64,000 nt of DNA. Source: Octopus sinensis (lineage: Eukaryota). Each line of letters starts with the position of its first letter. The first letter of the stretch is position 1. A program made the translations under genes and the position numbers. Of this stretch, positions 13,381 to 28,480 are shown in pieces. Below the pieces are notes generated by a model. The model had not been told where the DNA came from. It ran no database searches and saw only the letters and a program-made list of their open reading frames with translations. The DNA is taken from contig NC_043001.1 of the NCBI RefSeq assembly GCF_006345805.1, positions 124,868,001-124,932,000 on the forward strand, read 5' to 3'.

Positions 13381-13418
<38 letters not shown>

Positions 13419-14200
13419 TATATATTATATATATATACATATACATACATACATCAGGCATTTATGGACTTCTCTTCGTCCAACTACATTGCTTCCCCAA
13501 AACATGTGAAGCTAACAAAAAGTAGAGCGACCATAATGACCGGTATAACAACTTAATTGACATTTCAAGTTAAGACCTGTTCTATGGTAACTAAAAAGAG
13601 ATCACTTCCAGTGATTTGCGAGAAACTAATTTTTCCGCCATTAGGAAACAATTATAATTGTATATGCGGATAATTAGTTGCTTATCCTCGTACATAGTAA
13701 GAGCTAAGTTGGGGTATAGTAAAGACCAGAGGTACTGAATGGGCTTGGTATTAATAAAGCCTCCGACGAACCGTGAGTGAGAGTTGGACAAATCTGAGAG
13801 ACAAAATAAATCTTTGAATACTTTAGAGGTCATTTCATAGATGTGTTTGAAGACCTACTCTGACTTATGTCGAGCTAGGAAATTGCATCTCGTTTTACTA
13901 CAATTCTCATAAAAAATATAAAGATTAGATGAGTGCTAACATGTTTCTTGTAGTGAAGAAGACTATACTTTTTTTTGTTTTTTATTAATTAATTGATTAA
14001 TTAATCAATATCGCTATTTTAATGAAGCGAGAAACGTATGCTGAATGACTAATGTTAATTAAATTTAGTCAAGGCAGTTCTGAAATTTTAATAAAGTAAA
14101 GATAGCTTAGAAAATAAAATTGCTCATACAGTGAGGTGAAGAAAATATTTGCCCGTGAAGTAACATCAGTTTAATTTGAACGTTGACAAACACGGTGGTA

Positions 14201-14243
14201 GTTCTAGACATGTTTCAGTCTAATTAGACCTCTTCGGCGTAAC
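14201..14243 (-). ncRNA. Degenerate hammerhead motif
   Basis: CCGAAGA-GGUCU(AAUU)AGACU-GAAA-CAUG-UC; stem I poorly paired; same family as 58681-58722. Confidence 0.45.
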
Positions 14244-14899
14244 ATTAACCTCCCCAGTTCCTACCGGATATAGTGATAAAAAATCACTATATAGATGTGC
14301 AAGAACATGAATTGACTCAACTACCTAACATAATGACTGAAAAAATTATGTAAGGACTCCATTCACATCTTCTTAGTGATATAAGGTGTTGCAACAGGGA
14401 GATTCTGATCAAAGGTGCAAATTTACTTTATTTTTCAAATAGGAGAATGAAAGGTAAATCATGATGTCTTCTTTTAACAAGTCCACAAGAATTTAGTTTA
14501 ATCTTGACACCTGTTTCATTCAAGCATTTTATCGCATTTCATAGTTCTCAACGTTCTTATAATTACAGAGTGTTCTTGTGTCCCCATCTCACGCTTTTGA
14601 TATTTCTATTTCCTGGTCTCTACAAACCGTATCACTAAGTATCCAAGGCTTTTATATTAGGACATATATTTTTTTCTTGTATGCATTTTCTCTCTCTGTA
14701 ACTGTCTTATTTCTCTCGTAAAGTCTTCGATTCTCTCCTAGCTTTTACAAACTACATCACTTTCTGTGCTGTGAGTATTTCACATTAGAAAGAGTCGTAC
14801 CGTTTTCACACCCTTCAGTTTTTATCTATGACAAAGTGCGAAAACCGTTGAACAGGCTGGAGTATTGTTGTCGACACCAAATAATCCCAAAAAGAGTTT

Positions 14900-16419
14900 G
14901 TAGAATATTGCTACGTAGAGGGAATGGTTACCAGAGTATGTGCCCCGTTTGAAAACGGAAGACAGGGTTAAGACACAGACGAGTTGGTACGTCAAACATA
15001 TACCTGTTGACGGGTACCGCAATACGTTGGTCAACGAAATATAACGACCACTAACAAGGATATTAACAACAATGTTAACTCTTGATTCGTCGTCACTTTT
15101 GTGGTTGATGGAGCTTAAGTGGACATTCAAGTCCAAATGGTCCTTGAGGATTACAGAATCATACCGGAGCGCTATCCCATCCAGGGTACTGAAAGAAAGG
15201 CGAAAAGACTCGTGGAATAGAACTAGATGCCAAGCTGCTACACATGTGGTAGCAAAATCATTTAAGGGTTTTCTGTCCAAAGGAGCAGCAGCAAAGACAA
15301 AAGGAAGGATAATAGTAGAAGAATCATCTATATTTCCCCCAAAATGCAGTTACTTCAGAACAATATTCAAAGCTTCGGAGTGACCTAGGACACTCAGACT
15401 TCGGCGCCTCTATCTGAGCGGCAGACCGGCAACGGCCAGCAGCAACAGTCAAGAGGAACTAGAGAAGATTTTCTCATTGTGACAGCAGACTCCAATATCC
15501 AGAGCACGACAGATCATAGTTCCAAAAGTAGAGAAGCAAATCACCTTGGCTTGGTCTCGAAAACCAACGACTGCCCCGTGCCATAGTCAGCAACGACACC
15601 TTATCAAGTGGGGAGCTAATATTAATTGAGAAAGATTTCCAAAATATAAGAGAGGGCACAAAACAAAAGGTGGAAGGCATCTAAATAGAAGGATGTACCC
15701 TAGAAGAAAAAAGTATGACGAGCAAGGGATCTCCTATCGTGATGATGTTTACGATGATGATAACGAAATCGGCATGCGGTACACAGCCCTTCGAAAGACT
15801 AACTAGTGTTTCATACACCGAATAACAAAGCTATGTCACAGCGAATTAAAAATACTCGATATGAAAAACGCTCAAATGAAAACCCTTTAATAAACATAAC
15901 AGTGCATTATCACCTGCTACATTAGGATTATCCAGATGCCGTGGAGTGTTTCTTCTCTCATCAAACGTAGATGTTGGCTGGAACCGTTTGAATATACCAG
16001 ACTCTAATACGATCAGGCACGCAGAAGGCACGTAAATGCTCTAACCACAGGCATCCCGGGTGATCTAGGATGCGGGAGGTTCGTGTCGGCTTACGCGGAC
16101 GACGCCACCGTAATAGTGTCAGACATCTCGGAAATTGAGGTGGTTAGCACTGCTGTAAGGAAGTACGAAGCAGTAACAGGAGCAAAGATCAACCAGAAGT
16201 CTGTGGGTCTGCAGCTCAGCACCTGGAGATACAGGTGAATGCCAACCGTCAGCGTTGTAAGGTGCTAGACCGAAGGACTGTTTAAATTGCTTGGGGTCTG
16301 ATTTGGCCCAGATCTCCTGGTGGACAAGAACTGCGGGGAGGTGACAAGCATGGTAGCCTCACCCAGAAATGGACAGAGAGGAAGCTGTCCCTGAAGCTCG
16401 AGTGGAGGTGGCGAATATG

Positions 16420-16425
<6 letters not shown>
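14900..16425 (+). mobile_element. Decayed Tx1/L1-clade LINE (ORF1 zinc knuckle and RT fragment)
   Basis: Frameshifted CYTCGSK-NHLRVFCP CCHC knuckle near 15235-15280; VSAYADDATVIV...YEAVTGAKINQKS...KLLGV with YADD at 16092-16103. Confidence 0.8.
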
Positions 16426-16451
<26 letters not shown>

Positions 16452-16453
<2 letters not shown>

Positions 16454-16830
16454 GCAACCACATGGTTCCGGGTTCAGTCCCATTGCGTGACACCTTGGGC
16501 AAGTGTCTTCTACTATAGTCTCGGACCGATCAAAGCATCGTGAGTCGATTTGATAGACGGAAACTGAAAAGAAGCCTGTCGCATATATATATTAATATAT
16601 ATATATATGTATATGTTTGTGCGTCGGTGTTTGTTTCTCCCCATCGCTTGACGACCGATGTTGGTGTGTTTATGTCCCCTGTAACTTAGCGGTTCGGTAA
16701 AAGAAACCGATATAATAAGTACTAGGCTTACAAAGAATAAGTCCTGGAGTCGAATTGTTCGACTAAAGGGGGTGCTCCTGCATGGCCGCAATCAACTGAC
16801 TCAAACAAATAAATGAATAAAAGAATATAT
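16452..16830 (+). mobile_element. SINE family C, 5'-truncated
   Basis: Matches 17141-17563. Confidence 0.85.
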
Positions 16831-16835
16831 ATATA

Positions 16836-16878
<43 letters not shown>

Positions 16879-17140
16879 CTTGGGCGAATAAGGCGCTTAA
16901 CTGATAAGGCACTGGTTCAAAATTAAAATGCATACGCAACAACTATAGGCGAATGCAAACATTGGCATCGAAGAATAGGCAGAAAGATATGCACATGCCG
17001 TGGATAATAAATGCTTTTAAATGTTCTTAACACCATAGTTCGTGTATTCATCTGAAGAAAACGGTTTTTCTTATAATGATATAAAGTACTCATTAATCAA
17101 TTAAAGATTCGTTGGAAACAACTGTAGTGAATTGACACAT

Positions 17141-17561
17141 ATGCGCAGGAGTGGCTGTGTGGTAAGTAGCTTGCTTACCAACCACATGGTTCCGGGTTCA
17201 GTCCCACTGCGTGGCACCTTGGGCAAATGTCTTCTACTATAGCCTCGGGCCGACCAAAGCCTTGTGAGTGGATTTGGTAGACGGAAACTGAAAGAAGCCT
17301 GTCGTATATATGTATATATATATATATATATATGTGTGTGCATGTGTGTTTGTGTTTTGTGTGTTCTGTGTCCCCCTAGCATTGCTTGACAACCGATGCT
17401 GGTGTGTTTATGTCCCGTCACTTAGCGGTTCGGCAAAAGAGACCGATAGAATAAGTACTGGGCTTACAAAAGAATAAGTCCCGGGTCGAGTTGCTCGATT
17501 AAAAGGCGGTGCTCCAGCATGGCCGCAGTCAATGACTGAAACAAGTAAAAGAGTAAAAGAG

Positions 17562-17563
<2 letters not shown>
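17141..17563 (+). mobile_element. SINE family C, full length
   Basis: Head, ACCTTGGGCAAATG core, internal (TA)(TG) tract, tail GTAAAAGAGTAAAAGAG. Confidence 0.9.
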
Positions 17564-17615
<52 letters not shown>

Positions 17616-18055
17616 TTTTATTTGTTTCAGTCATTAAACCGCGGCCACGCTGGAGCACAGCCTTCAAAAGTTTGGAGTCGAACCTATGTATACGTGAAAC
17701 TCACGAAACAATATTCAACACGTGAATATCGCAGAAGAAACTATCTACACGATGTGGCGTATATACAGCGTGATAGATCCCGAAATTACACGGTTACAAA
17801 CCCAACTTTCATACCCATGTATCCACGCCTGGGCCTATGCACGCGTAATTATATTTTCACAAAGATGTATTTAAAAATCACAAATAATGTCGGCGAATGT
17901 ATGTGGAAGCTAACTCAATTTGCTATATGAATAGTATTTTGTCAACAGTCAGGTATTGAAAAACTTAGATTGTTCTGGAGTATATGTTTGTACTTCGACA
18001 TACTTTTACATAATATTAAATCTTATTTTTCCCCTCCTATCCTCATTCATTGTAG

Positions 18056-18094
18056 CCTTATTAACCTGGAGGCGTGACGGCCACCCGCAAGTCG
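18056..18094 (+). CDS. Candidate 39-nt internal exon (xLLTWRRDGHPQV)
   Basis: Long pyrimidine tract plus TAG acceptor, GTGAAT donor, single open frame, phase 1-1; no independent support. Confidence 0.25.
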
Positions 18095-18145
18095 GTGAAT
18101 ACACAGTAGAATTTACGTGAATGTGTGAGTGTCTATATATGTATG

Positions 18146-18176
<31 letters not shown>

Positions 18177-18345
18177 CTATGTGCGTATATATATATATAT
18201 GTTATGTATATATATATATATTTCTACCCGTGTAAAATAAAATAACTTCGTTATATATATATATATATGTAATATATTATATATGTAATATATATATATA
18301 TATATATATATATTCTATATATATATGTAATATTATATATATATG

Positions 18346-18380
<35 letters not shown>

Positions 18381-18448
18381 TATATATATATGTAATATAT
18401 ATATATATATCCATATATATATGTAATATATATATAATATATTATATG

Positions 18449-18487
<39 letters not shown>

Positions 18488-18498
18488 ATATAGATATC

Positions 18499-18531
<33 letters not shown>

Positions 18532-18982
18532 CTATATATATAGTAATGTATATATATGTACTATATAATTTGATACGCGTGTTGTGTGTGTGTGTGTGTC
18601 TTTGTGTGTGTGTGGGTAAAAAAAAAATCAAGTGAAATCAATGGCAGAAATTTATATATATACATATATAAATATCTGTATAGACGCGTTCAGATAAGAG
18701 ATAAGATCCGGAAAAGGCGTATTTAGATAAGATGGGAAAATAAGTGGGGGGGAAAAACAACGAACAACAATACTAACTGACACTAATAAAGACATACCGT
18801 CAAATTACGAATGGTAAACATGATAAGGTTCTTAAGTAGACTGAATGAAAGGTAAAAAGAGCAAGTCGATCTCTTCGTCGAAACAAATTAAAAAAAACTG
18901 CTGTCTGTTGGCTCTCTTGTCACATAAGATTCATGCTTCACTACAGACAGATGCACGAACGTGAGAACGACTTAGCAATACA

Positions 18983-19036
<54 letters not shown>

Positions 19037-19123
19037 TGAGTGTGTGTGTATGTGAATGCTTTGGTTTGTATATGTATGTGTATGAGTCTATATGTATATA
19101 TGTATACATCAAATATGTATGTG

Positions 19124-19149
<26 letters not shown>

Positions 19150-19161
<12 letters not shown>

Positions 19162-19163
19162 AT

Positions 19164-19203
<40 letters not shown>

Positions 19204-19314
19204 AATAGATAGATAGATAGTAGATAGATAGGTAGGTAGGTAGGTAGGTAGGTAGATAGATAGAAAGATAGATAGATAGATAGATTGATAGATAGATAGA
19301 TAGATAGAATAGAT

Positions 19315-19372
<58 letters not shown>

Positions 19373-19450
19373 TTATATTATATATTATATGTATATATGT
19401 TATATTATATTATATTATATTATATTATATTATATTATATTATATATACA
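19150..19450. repeat. (GATA)n, (GGTA)n and (TATTA)n microsatellite complex
   Basis: Direct reading. Confidence 0.95.
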
Positions 19451-19457
19451 TTCAATA

Positions 19458-19786
19458 GGGTATATAATACCACTTGCTAAAATCAGACCCAATGCTCCAA
19501 AAACCACCATAAACTCACGATAAAGATACACACGAGCAATGAACATTTTAGAAATAGATGTTAAAATGTTACTTTCAACTGAAGATCGCAAAGTATGTTT
19601 GTCATGCAAAGTATGAAATCAATTGATTTTGAAATATTCATTACTTACTCATGTATTCAACGCAAAGGTAAGCCTATTTCTCATATGTTCCTTGCATTGC
19701 TCGTGTGTTTTAACTCATCTCTATCGTGAGTTTATGGAGGTTTTGGCGCATTAGCTCTGATTTTAGAAAGTGGTATTATGTATCCT
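19458..19786. mobile_element. Fold-back element (~85-bp imperfect arms) enclosing a hammerhead motif
   Basis: 19458-19541 is the reverse complement of 19695-19786 (ATAATACCACTT..TAAAATCAGA..CATAAACTCACGATA..CACACGAGCAATG). Confidence 0.8.
19573..19634 (+). ncRNA. Type I hammerhead motif with disrupted stem II
   Basis: Stem I UUUCAA/UUGAAA; CUGAAGA; GAAA; palindromic stem III AUCAAUUGAU; AUU triplet. Confidence 0.65.
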
Positions 19787-20016
19787 ACTGAATCTAAATT
19801 TCCCTTATATTGTGCCTGTAACGGTGTGAACTTGCTACCTACCTTATTATTACCTTATTAATACAATTAATAACGGCAACAACACTTCTATATTTATATT
19901 ATATATTATATATATAGATATTATATCATATCTATATATATATATATTATGGTATTTATATGCATATATTTATATATATTTGTATGTATGTATATATATA
20001 TATATATATATATATG

Positions 20017-20074
<58 letters not shown>

Positions 20075-20213
20075 ATACACACACATACACACAGAGATAC
20101 ACATACACATATGCAAACGTCAAAACACAAGCTTCACACACACACCATACACACACTTATCTTCACTTGAGATATATATAACTTTGTATTTATGTTTGTA
20201 TATGTATGTGTGT

Positions 20214-20245
<32 letters not shown>

Positions 20246-20252
20246 ATATATA

Positions 20253-20292
<40 letters not shown>

Positions 20293-20843
20293 TTCATGTG
20301 TCTCAACATACACATACACACAAGTTGTTTATAGAAAAAATTATAAAATGTACTCAATGCATATTGCAGAGTATAATTTATAATTATCTGACAGATGCCT
20401 GCCGCCGTTGCTTCCATCACACCGAATCTTGATGCGTGATCATGTAGGTTGAAATTATTCAGCACGTCTATGATGGATTGAACATCCGTAGAAATTAAAA
20501 TGGCTGACAGCAACTGCAGAAGACTCGTAAGGTCACGCATATATTTCCTTTGCAACGTTCATTGTGTGCTTCTGTGTGTATGCATGTGTTTGTTTCTGTG
20601 CGCGTGTGTGTGCGTGTGTGTGTGTGTATGTGTATTCATATGTGTACATTGTTATGACCATGTCTGTGCGTCTGTGTGAGTGTGTAAAAATTTGCCATTA
20701 CCGGGCTGTCTATTTATATATCAATGTGAGTCTATAATAAAGATTGATAACAGATGATTACTGATGTCTATTCATTGTCTTTCCCTAATCAAATGTGTGT
20801 ATAAGATAGAGAGAGATGGAGAAAGAGAGAGAGAGAGAGAGAG

Positions 20844-21260
20844 TTGGAAAGGCTACTCTTGCGCTTCAAAGACAAACTAAAACAATATGAAGTGATGCAA
20901 AATTCCCTTTTCTTCCTGGGAAAACAAAGCATCAGAACACAGGACCTGGTGTCAGTCCTGCCTGCTTCTCAGTTCAAAGATTTGAGCAAAATCGACTCCA
21001 GCATCGGGACCAAATTCGTGCAAGCATGAAGGCACGCTGGGAAAACACTGCTCCTTTAAATGGAAACCTTACCTGTCCTTGTGGTTTTGTGGCACGAAGC
21101 AAAGCAGGTCTTGCTGGCCACTCTAGAAAACATATAGTAAATGATCCACAAAGACTCATGCAAATTAAATCCTCAGTTTGTTCCATTTGCCAAAAGGTTT
21201 GCAAGGCACCAGCAAGCATCAAGAGACACATTCGTATCCATAGAAAAGGATTAACGCTTT
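20844..21260 (+). mobile_element. 3' fragment of an RTE-like LINE ORF2 with two C2H2-like fingers
   Basis: LLRFKDKLKQ, then LTCPCGFVARSKAGLAGHSRKH and VCSICQKVCKAPASIKRHIRIH, typical of the RTE C-terminus; frameshifted. Confidence 0.7.
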
Positions 21261-21303
21261 ATTTTACTAAACCCTCAAGAGAGAGAGAGAGAAGAGTGGT
21301 GTG

Positions 21304-21383
<80 letters not shown>

Positions 21384-21952
21384 CGAGCCGCCTACCAAAT
21401 CCTGTCTACCAAATCGTCTACCAGCTCCAAGACTATAATCCTACCAAGATTTTGGTAGGATTATACCAGATTCTTACCCAAGTTACTACGCAGATGGACT
21501 GAACCCGAAACCTTGCGTTTAGGATGCAAACTTGTTACCATAGGGCTACACCTATACACACACACACACACACACACACGCACGCACGCACGCACGAACG
21601 CACGCACGCACAGAGTGGAGTACTGTTAATTTGATCTCTTTTGTGACAAACTTTCAATAACGCTAAAATAACCAGTTGGAACTTTAAGCATGTCAATAAC
21701 CGGTTGATGATACTATTACTTGTTATATGAAATAGCTAATTGGTATAATCAATAAAGCGTTTGATAGTGTCGATTCTCTAAGCTTTAAGTTCAAATCCAA
21801 CCGCAGTCAACTTTGTCTTTCATCTTTTTTGGATCAACTGAAAAGTATAAATCTAGAACGGTCAACAGTAAACTGGCGGAATTGTTAGAGGGTGAAGCGA
21901 GTTGCTTTATTTTATCGGGTTCAGGTCTTTGCATTCTGCCAACAGCAACGCC

Positions 21953-22484
21953 GTGGAGGCGCAATGGCCCAGTGGTTAGGGCAGCGGACTCGCAGTCGTA
22001 AGAATGCGGTTTCGATTCCCAGACCGGGCATTGTGAGTGTTTATTGAGCAAAAGCACCTAAACACCACGAGGCTCCTAAGGGGGGGAGGTGACCCCGCTA
22101 TACTTTTTCACCACAACTTTCTCTCACTCTTTTTTCCTACTTTTGTCCCAAAGCAGAGGCACCATGGTGTAATCCATTATGCTGTGGTAAACTTTCAGAC
22201 ATTAGTCTAGATTGCGAACCCTCTGTACCCCAGAATGGTTCAGCTCTCCACCCGTTGAAAACCACCGTTTACGGAATGAGGATAACAACGTAGCTTTCCC
22301 ACCCGTGCAACCACCAGTCTATCGCGTGTGGTGGGTGGATCTTCAAGTTGCCGCACGCATTCTTAGTAGCTTAGAGTAGGCTCGAATTAGAGATTATTCT
22401 TTGTGGCTAATGGCGTGAGTCCTGATTGAAAGAAGAAGAAGAAGAAGAAGAAGAAGAAGAAGAAGAAGAAGAAGAAGAAGAAGG

Positions 22485-22517
<33 letters not shown>

Positions 22518-22538
22518 AGAAGAAGAAGAAGAAGAAGA
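21953..22538 (+). mobile_element. SINE family B head and body with alternative tail ending in (GAA)n
   Basis: Matches family B to ~22130, then ~300 bp of unrelated sequence and a (GAA)n tract. Confidence 0.7.
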
Positions 22539-22883
22539 CAGCAATGAGACTGGTGCTGAGTTACCTTGACGTATACGAACAAACGATTATTAATGACTGT
22601 TAGGTGTTTTCAAACTAAGTCAAACGCTTGCACATTTGATGATTGTAAGCACACCGATATTACACGAAACCTGGCGCCATATGTAATCGGATGTTGCTAC
22701 GATAATATGTACGCGTGTGTATTTATGTACAACTGCATCCGTATGTATGTATGTGTGAATGTATGTACACGTACACACACACATTCATACAAACATACAA
22801 CACAGATATATATATATATAATATATATAAATATTAGGGAGTAAATCCAAACTTACAGGGAAAAATTAGATTCAGGATTAAAT

Positions 22884-22919
<36 letters not shown>

Positions 22920-23036
22920 AATTCATCTTTCTATTTCAACAAATATATAATATATATATATATATAATATTATATATATATATAATATTAGGGAGTAAAT
23001 CCAAACTTACAGGGAAAAATAGATTCAGGATTAAAT

Positions 23037-23088
<52 letters not shown>

Positions 23089-23238
23089 ATATATTTGTTG
23101 AAATAGAAAGATGAATTTTCTTGTAACAGATTATTCAAAGGTTTTAACCGATACCTGGGTAGCAAAAATCACAGCGGAAACAGCACGGTTGGAGATAAGA
23201 CCATTTCGTGTTGCAACCGTGCGTTGGAGCGGATATAT

Positions 23239-23269
<31 letters not shown>

Positions 23270-23289
23270 TATATATATTATATATATAT

Positions 23290-23321
<32 letters not shown>

Positions 23322-23751
23322 ATATATATACATACATATATACAAGTACATATATTTATACATCGACATACAAGGGCAAGATCCAAGGATTCAAATGTAG
23401 GAAGTTTGTAAACTTCAAGCAGTCCGTGGAAGGTACAGAGAACAAAAACGGGATAGTGTACTACCTGGAACAATAACAGTTTATTGCCATCGAGAGTTAC
23501 ACGTTCTTCCGTGTAAGAGAAAATTCGATTAGGTGATATGTAGATAGATAGATAGATAGATATATAGATACATACATACATACATACATACATACATACA
23601 TACATACATACATACATACATGCATAGATGCATGTGCACATGCACACACACTCACACACGCAAACATTTAAATCTCGTGTGTATTAAATTATATTTATCT
23701 TTCGCTGGATGAAGTACTTTTGTTCATCTCACCAATAACCCAGCATTACAT

Positions 23752-23809
<58 letters not shown>

Positions 23810-24108
23810 TTGCGCGTGTGTCACCTTCGAAACGCAGAGTAGATGAAACCATGGCGACTGAAGAAGGGGAATTTTCCTTGTGTTATTTGTCCTGTACTCT
23901 ATTTTTTTCGTTGTTTAAGAAAAATGTCCATTTCCTTGGTTTTGTGTTTATGTTTTCGTTTCTCATTGTGTTCGGCGTTTTTTTTTTTTTTTTTTTTTTG
24001 GTGTCCTGTACCCATATATGCATGTATATATACATGTAGAGGTAGGTACGTACATATATGTATTTATATATGCATATGTTTTATTTATTAATTTTATATA
24101 TATGTATG

Positions 24109-24172
<64 letters not shown>

Positions 24173-24215
24173 ATATATATATGTATTATATATATATATA
24201 TATTATGTGTGGTGT

Positions 24216-24252
<37 letters not shown>

Positions 24253-24673
24253 GTGTATCACATGTGTATCTTCCTTATTCAATGTTGTAGAATGTGATAT
24301 AAAGTAGATTTGCCTGCTATTTCTAATAGCTCAAGTGAAAACGTACACGGGTTTCCCTTAGTTTACAAAAACAGTTAAAGGCTTCTAATTATTTGAAATC
24401 CTCGTATGTATTTTATGGAGTGCAATCCCTTGTGATTTTCGTAGACGAAAACTGTGAAGAAGCCTGACATACATATGTACATACGTACACACACCGTTTG
24501 ACAACCGGTGTTGGTTTGTTTACGTCATGTAACTTAGTAGTTCGGCAAAAGGGGCAGCAGAATAAGTAGCATACATAAAATAATAAGTACTGGGATAGAT
24601 TTGTTCCTCTAAAACCTTCAAGACGGTGCCCTAGCATGGCTCCATTCCAATAATTGAAACAAGTTAAGATAAA

Positions 24674-24704
<31 letters not shown>

Positions 24705-24846
24705 CATACATACATACATACATACATACATACATACATACATACATACATGCATACATACATACATACATACAAACATGCATACATAAATGCAATACAT
24801 GCATATACACATACATGTATGTATATATAGAGATATGTGCGTGTAG

Positions 24847-24879
<33 letters not shown>

Positions 24880-25165
24880 CCCACATGTATTTGTGTGTAC
24901 ACATATACATATATATACACACACATATATATATATACACACACACATATATATATACACACACACACATATATATTCACACACACCTATATATATATAT
25001 TATAATATATTGTGTGTGTGTGTGCGTGTGTCCAGGGTAGCTAACCTAAGTGTGTTCATATATGTATGGACATATGTATATTCATATGTTTATATAGACA
25101 TATTTGTATTTATATGTATATATACTTGTATGTAGTATATTTGCTTGAATGTGTATATATATATA

Positions 25166-25245
<80 letters not shown>

Positions 25246-25428
25246 GGATAATAAGAGAGCCTACGCTGCGTGAGGAAATTATAACAATGCAAACATATTT
25301 CTATTACTCATTCCTCTCACAAGTAAAGAATTCTAATGTTTAAGTCAATTTTATTTCCCTTGATTCAAGCGGTGCTGTAGAATATAATGTGTATATGTGT
25401 GTATATATATACATATATATAGATAGTT

Positions 25429-25460
<32 letters not shown>

Positions 25461-25633
25461 TACATACACACTTACACACATATATGTATGTGTGTGTACT
25501 CATACATATATTCATATGCATACATAATTATATATACATATATATACATTACATATATATATATATATATATACACATACATATGTACACGTATATTATA
25601 TATATATATACATATATATATATATTTATATGT

Positions 25634-25685
<52 letters not shown>

Positions 25686-26029
25686 CACATGCATATATAT
25701 ATATATACACGCATATATTCATGTATATATACACAGACATACGCACATGCATACACACTCGCACAATCACACACACACAATCACAAAAGCATATATAAAC
25801 ACATACGCATGCGCACACGCGTGCTCAAACATTCAGATACAAACACATATACATATTTTTGCTGAGAGAAATAATTTGAATCGAATTAGAAAAAAATTTA
25901 ATAACGGACAGAAAGCAATTTATTTATACATTCAATATATATTATAAAATACACACCATATATATTATACCTTAGTTATTTTAAATGAGATATTCTACAT
26001 TATATACTATGCATAATATATATATTATG

Positions 26030-26755
<726 letters not shown>

Positions 26756-26775
26756 CCCCAAAATATATATGAAAC

Positions 26776-26905
<130 letters not shown>

Positions 26906-28297
26906 GTATTTATGTAAGTATATATATATATATATATACTTACATACATACATACATACATAAGTATATATATAATATTAGATATATATAATATGTATTT
27001 ATGTAAGTATATATATATATATAATATATATATAATATATATATATATATAAATGTATGTAATGTATGTATGTATTTATACCTGCGGGTACGTAGAACGT
27101 TATATTCATTTTTAAATATTGTACGTAACTTATTCACTTACCTCTGGAGCAAGAATAATCACAAACTCTTCAGACCGACCTGTAACTACATTTGTGCAAT
27201 GATTCGAAGATATTCTCGGGTCATGCTCTCTTGATTTGTAAGATTAATCCGATTGAATTTCCATTCAATTTGTACACAAAGTCTATATATGTAGATATCT
27301 ACGTGAGGTATGTGTTTGTGTGTGAATGTGTTTGTGTGTGTACCTTTGTACGTATGTGAGCGTTTTTTCGTTTGTGGTTTAAATGTATGTATTCGTAAAT
27401 ATATTGGTAAATGCGAATATAAGTAATCGGTGTGTGTGTATTCGAACATAAGTATTCGGTGTATATATATATATTTATTATATATTATATATTATGTTAT
27501 ATAATATATATTATATTATATTATATTATATCATAGTATATTATATTATATTATATTATAATATATTACATTTATATGTCTATCATGTATGTTCTTTTGT
27601 ATGAATATATCATTTAAAAATATATAGAAAGGTAGATAGATAGATCATTTGAATAAATATATATATAATTGTGTGTATGTGTGTGTGTGTGTGTGTGTGT
27701 GTAATTACCAGTGAAGCAAATAGAATGTGTACTATATACAATGTGTATACGTTTTATGAATCGTGTACCTGTGTGAATATGTACGTGTGTATTAGTGTAA
27801 ATTCATTACTGTTCTGTATCTGACGTGCGTGTCACAGAAATTCAGTGTGTGTATATATGTGTGAGTGTGTTTGTGTGAGTGTATGTGTGCGTACATAGAT
27901 ATGTGTGTGTGTGAGTTCAGTATACCCGGAGAGTGCAGAAAGTAAGTAACAGGTGACTTGTGTGTATGTATATATATATATATATATATATGAATATCTG
28001 AATATGTGTGTGATTATATGAGTGTTTATTGTTTGTGTATGATTGTTGTATGTATCTAGCCAGTGTTACAGCTATGCGTTTCTATGTTTCTATGTGTGTG
28101 TATGCGTGTGTGCGTGACTGAGTAAGTGAATGAGTGAGTGAGTGTGTGTATGTGTGTGTGAGTGTTTGAGTGTGTGTGTGTGTATGTATGTATGTGTACG
28201 CTATTATAACTTTTTATGCTATGTGACTTTGTGTACGTATCTATAAGTCTGAGTGTCTAGATAGATAGATAGACAAACAGACAGACAGATAGACAGT

Positions 28298-28329
<32 letters not shown>

Positions 28330-28394
28330 TATACAGATAGACAGACAGACAAACAGACTGACAGACAGACAGACAGACAGATAGCTAGCTAGAT

Positions 28395-28480
<86 letters not shown>

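Noticed and set aside
23820-23880. GAAAC...CTGAAGA order suggesting a permuted (type II) hammerhead; similar at 47945-47995 and 48365-48420
   Set aside because: Stems I and II could not be paired convincingly; more likely remnants of terminal repeats.
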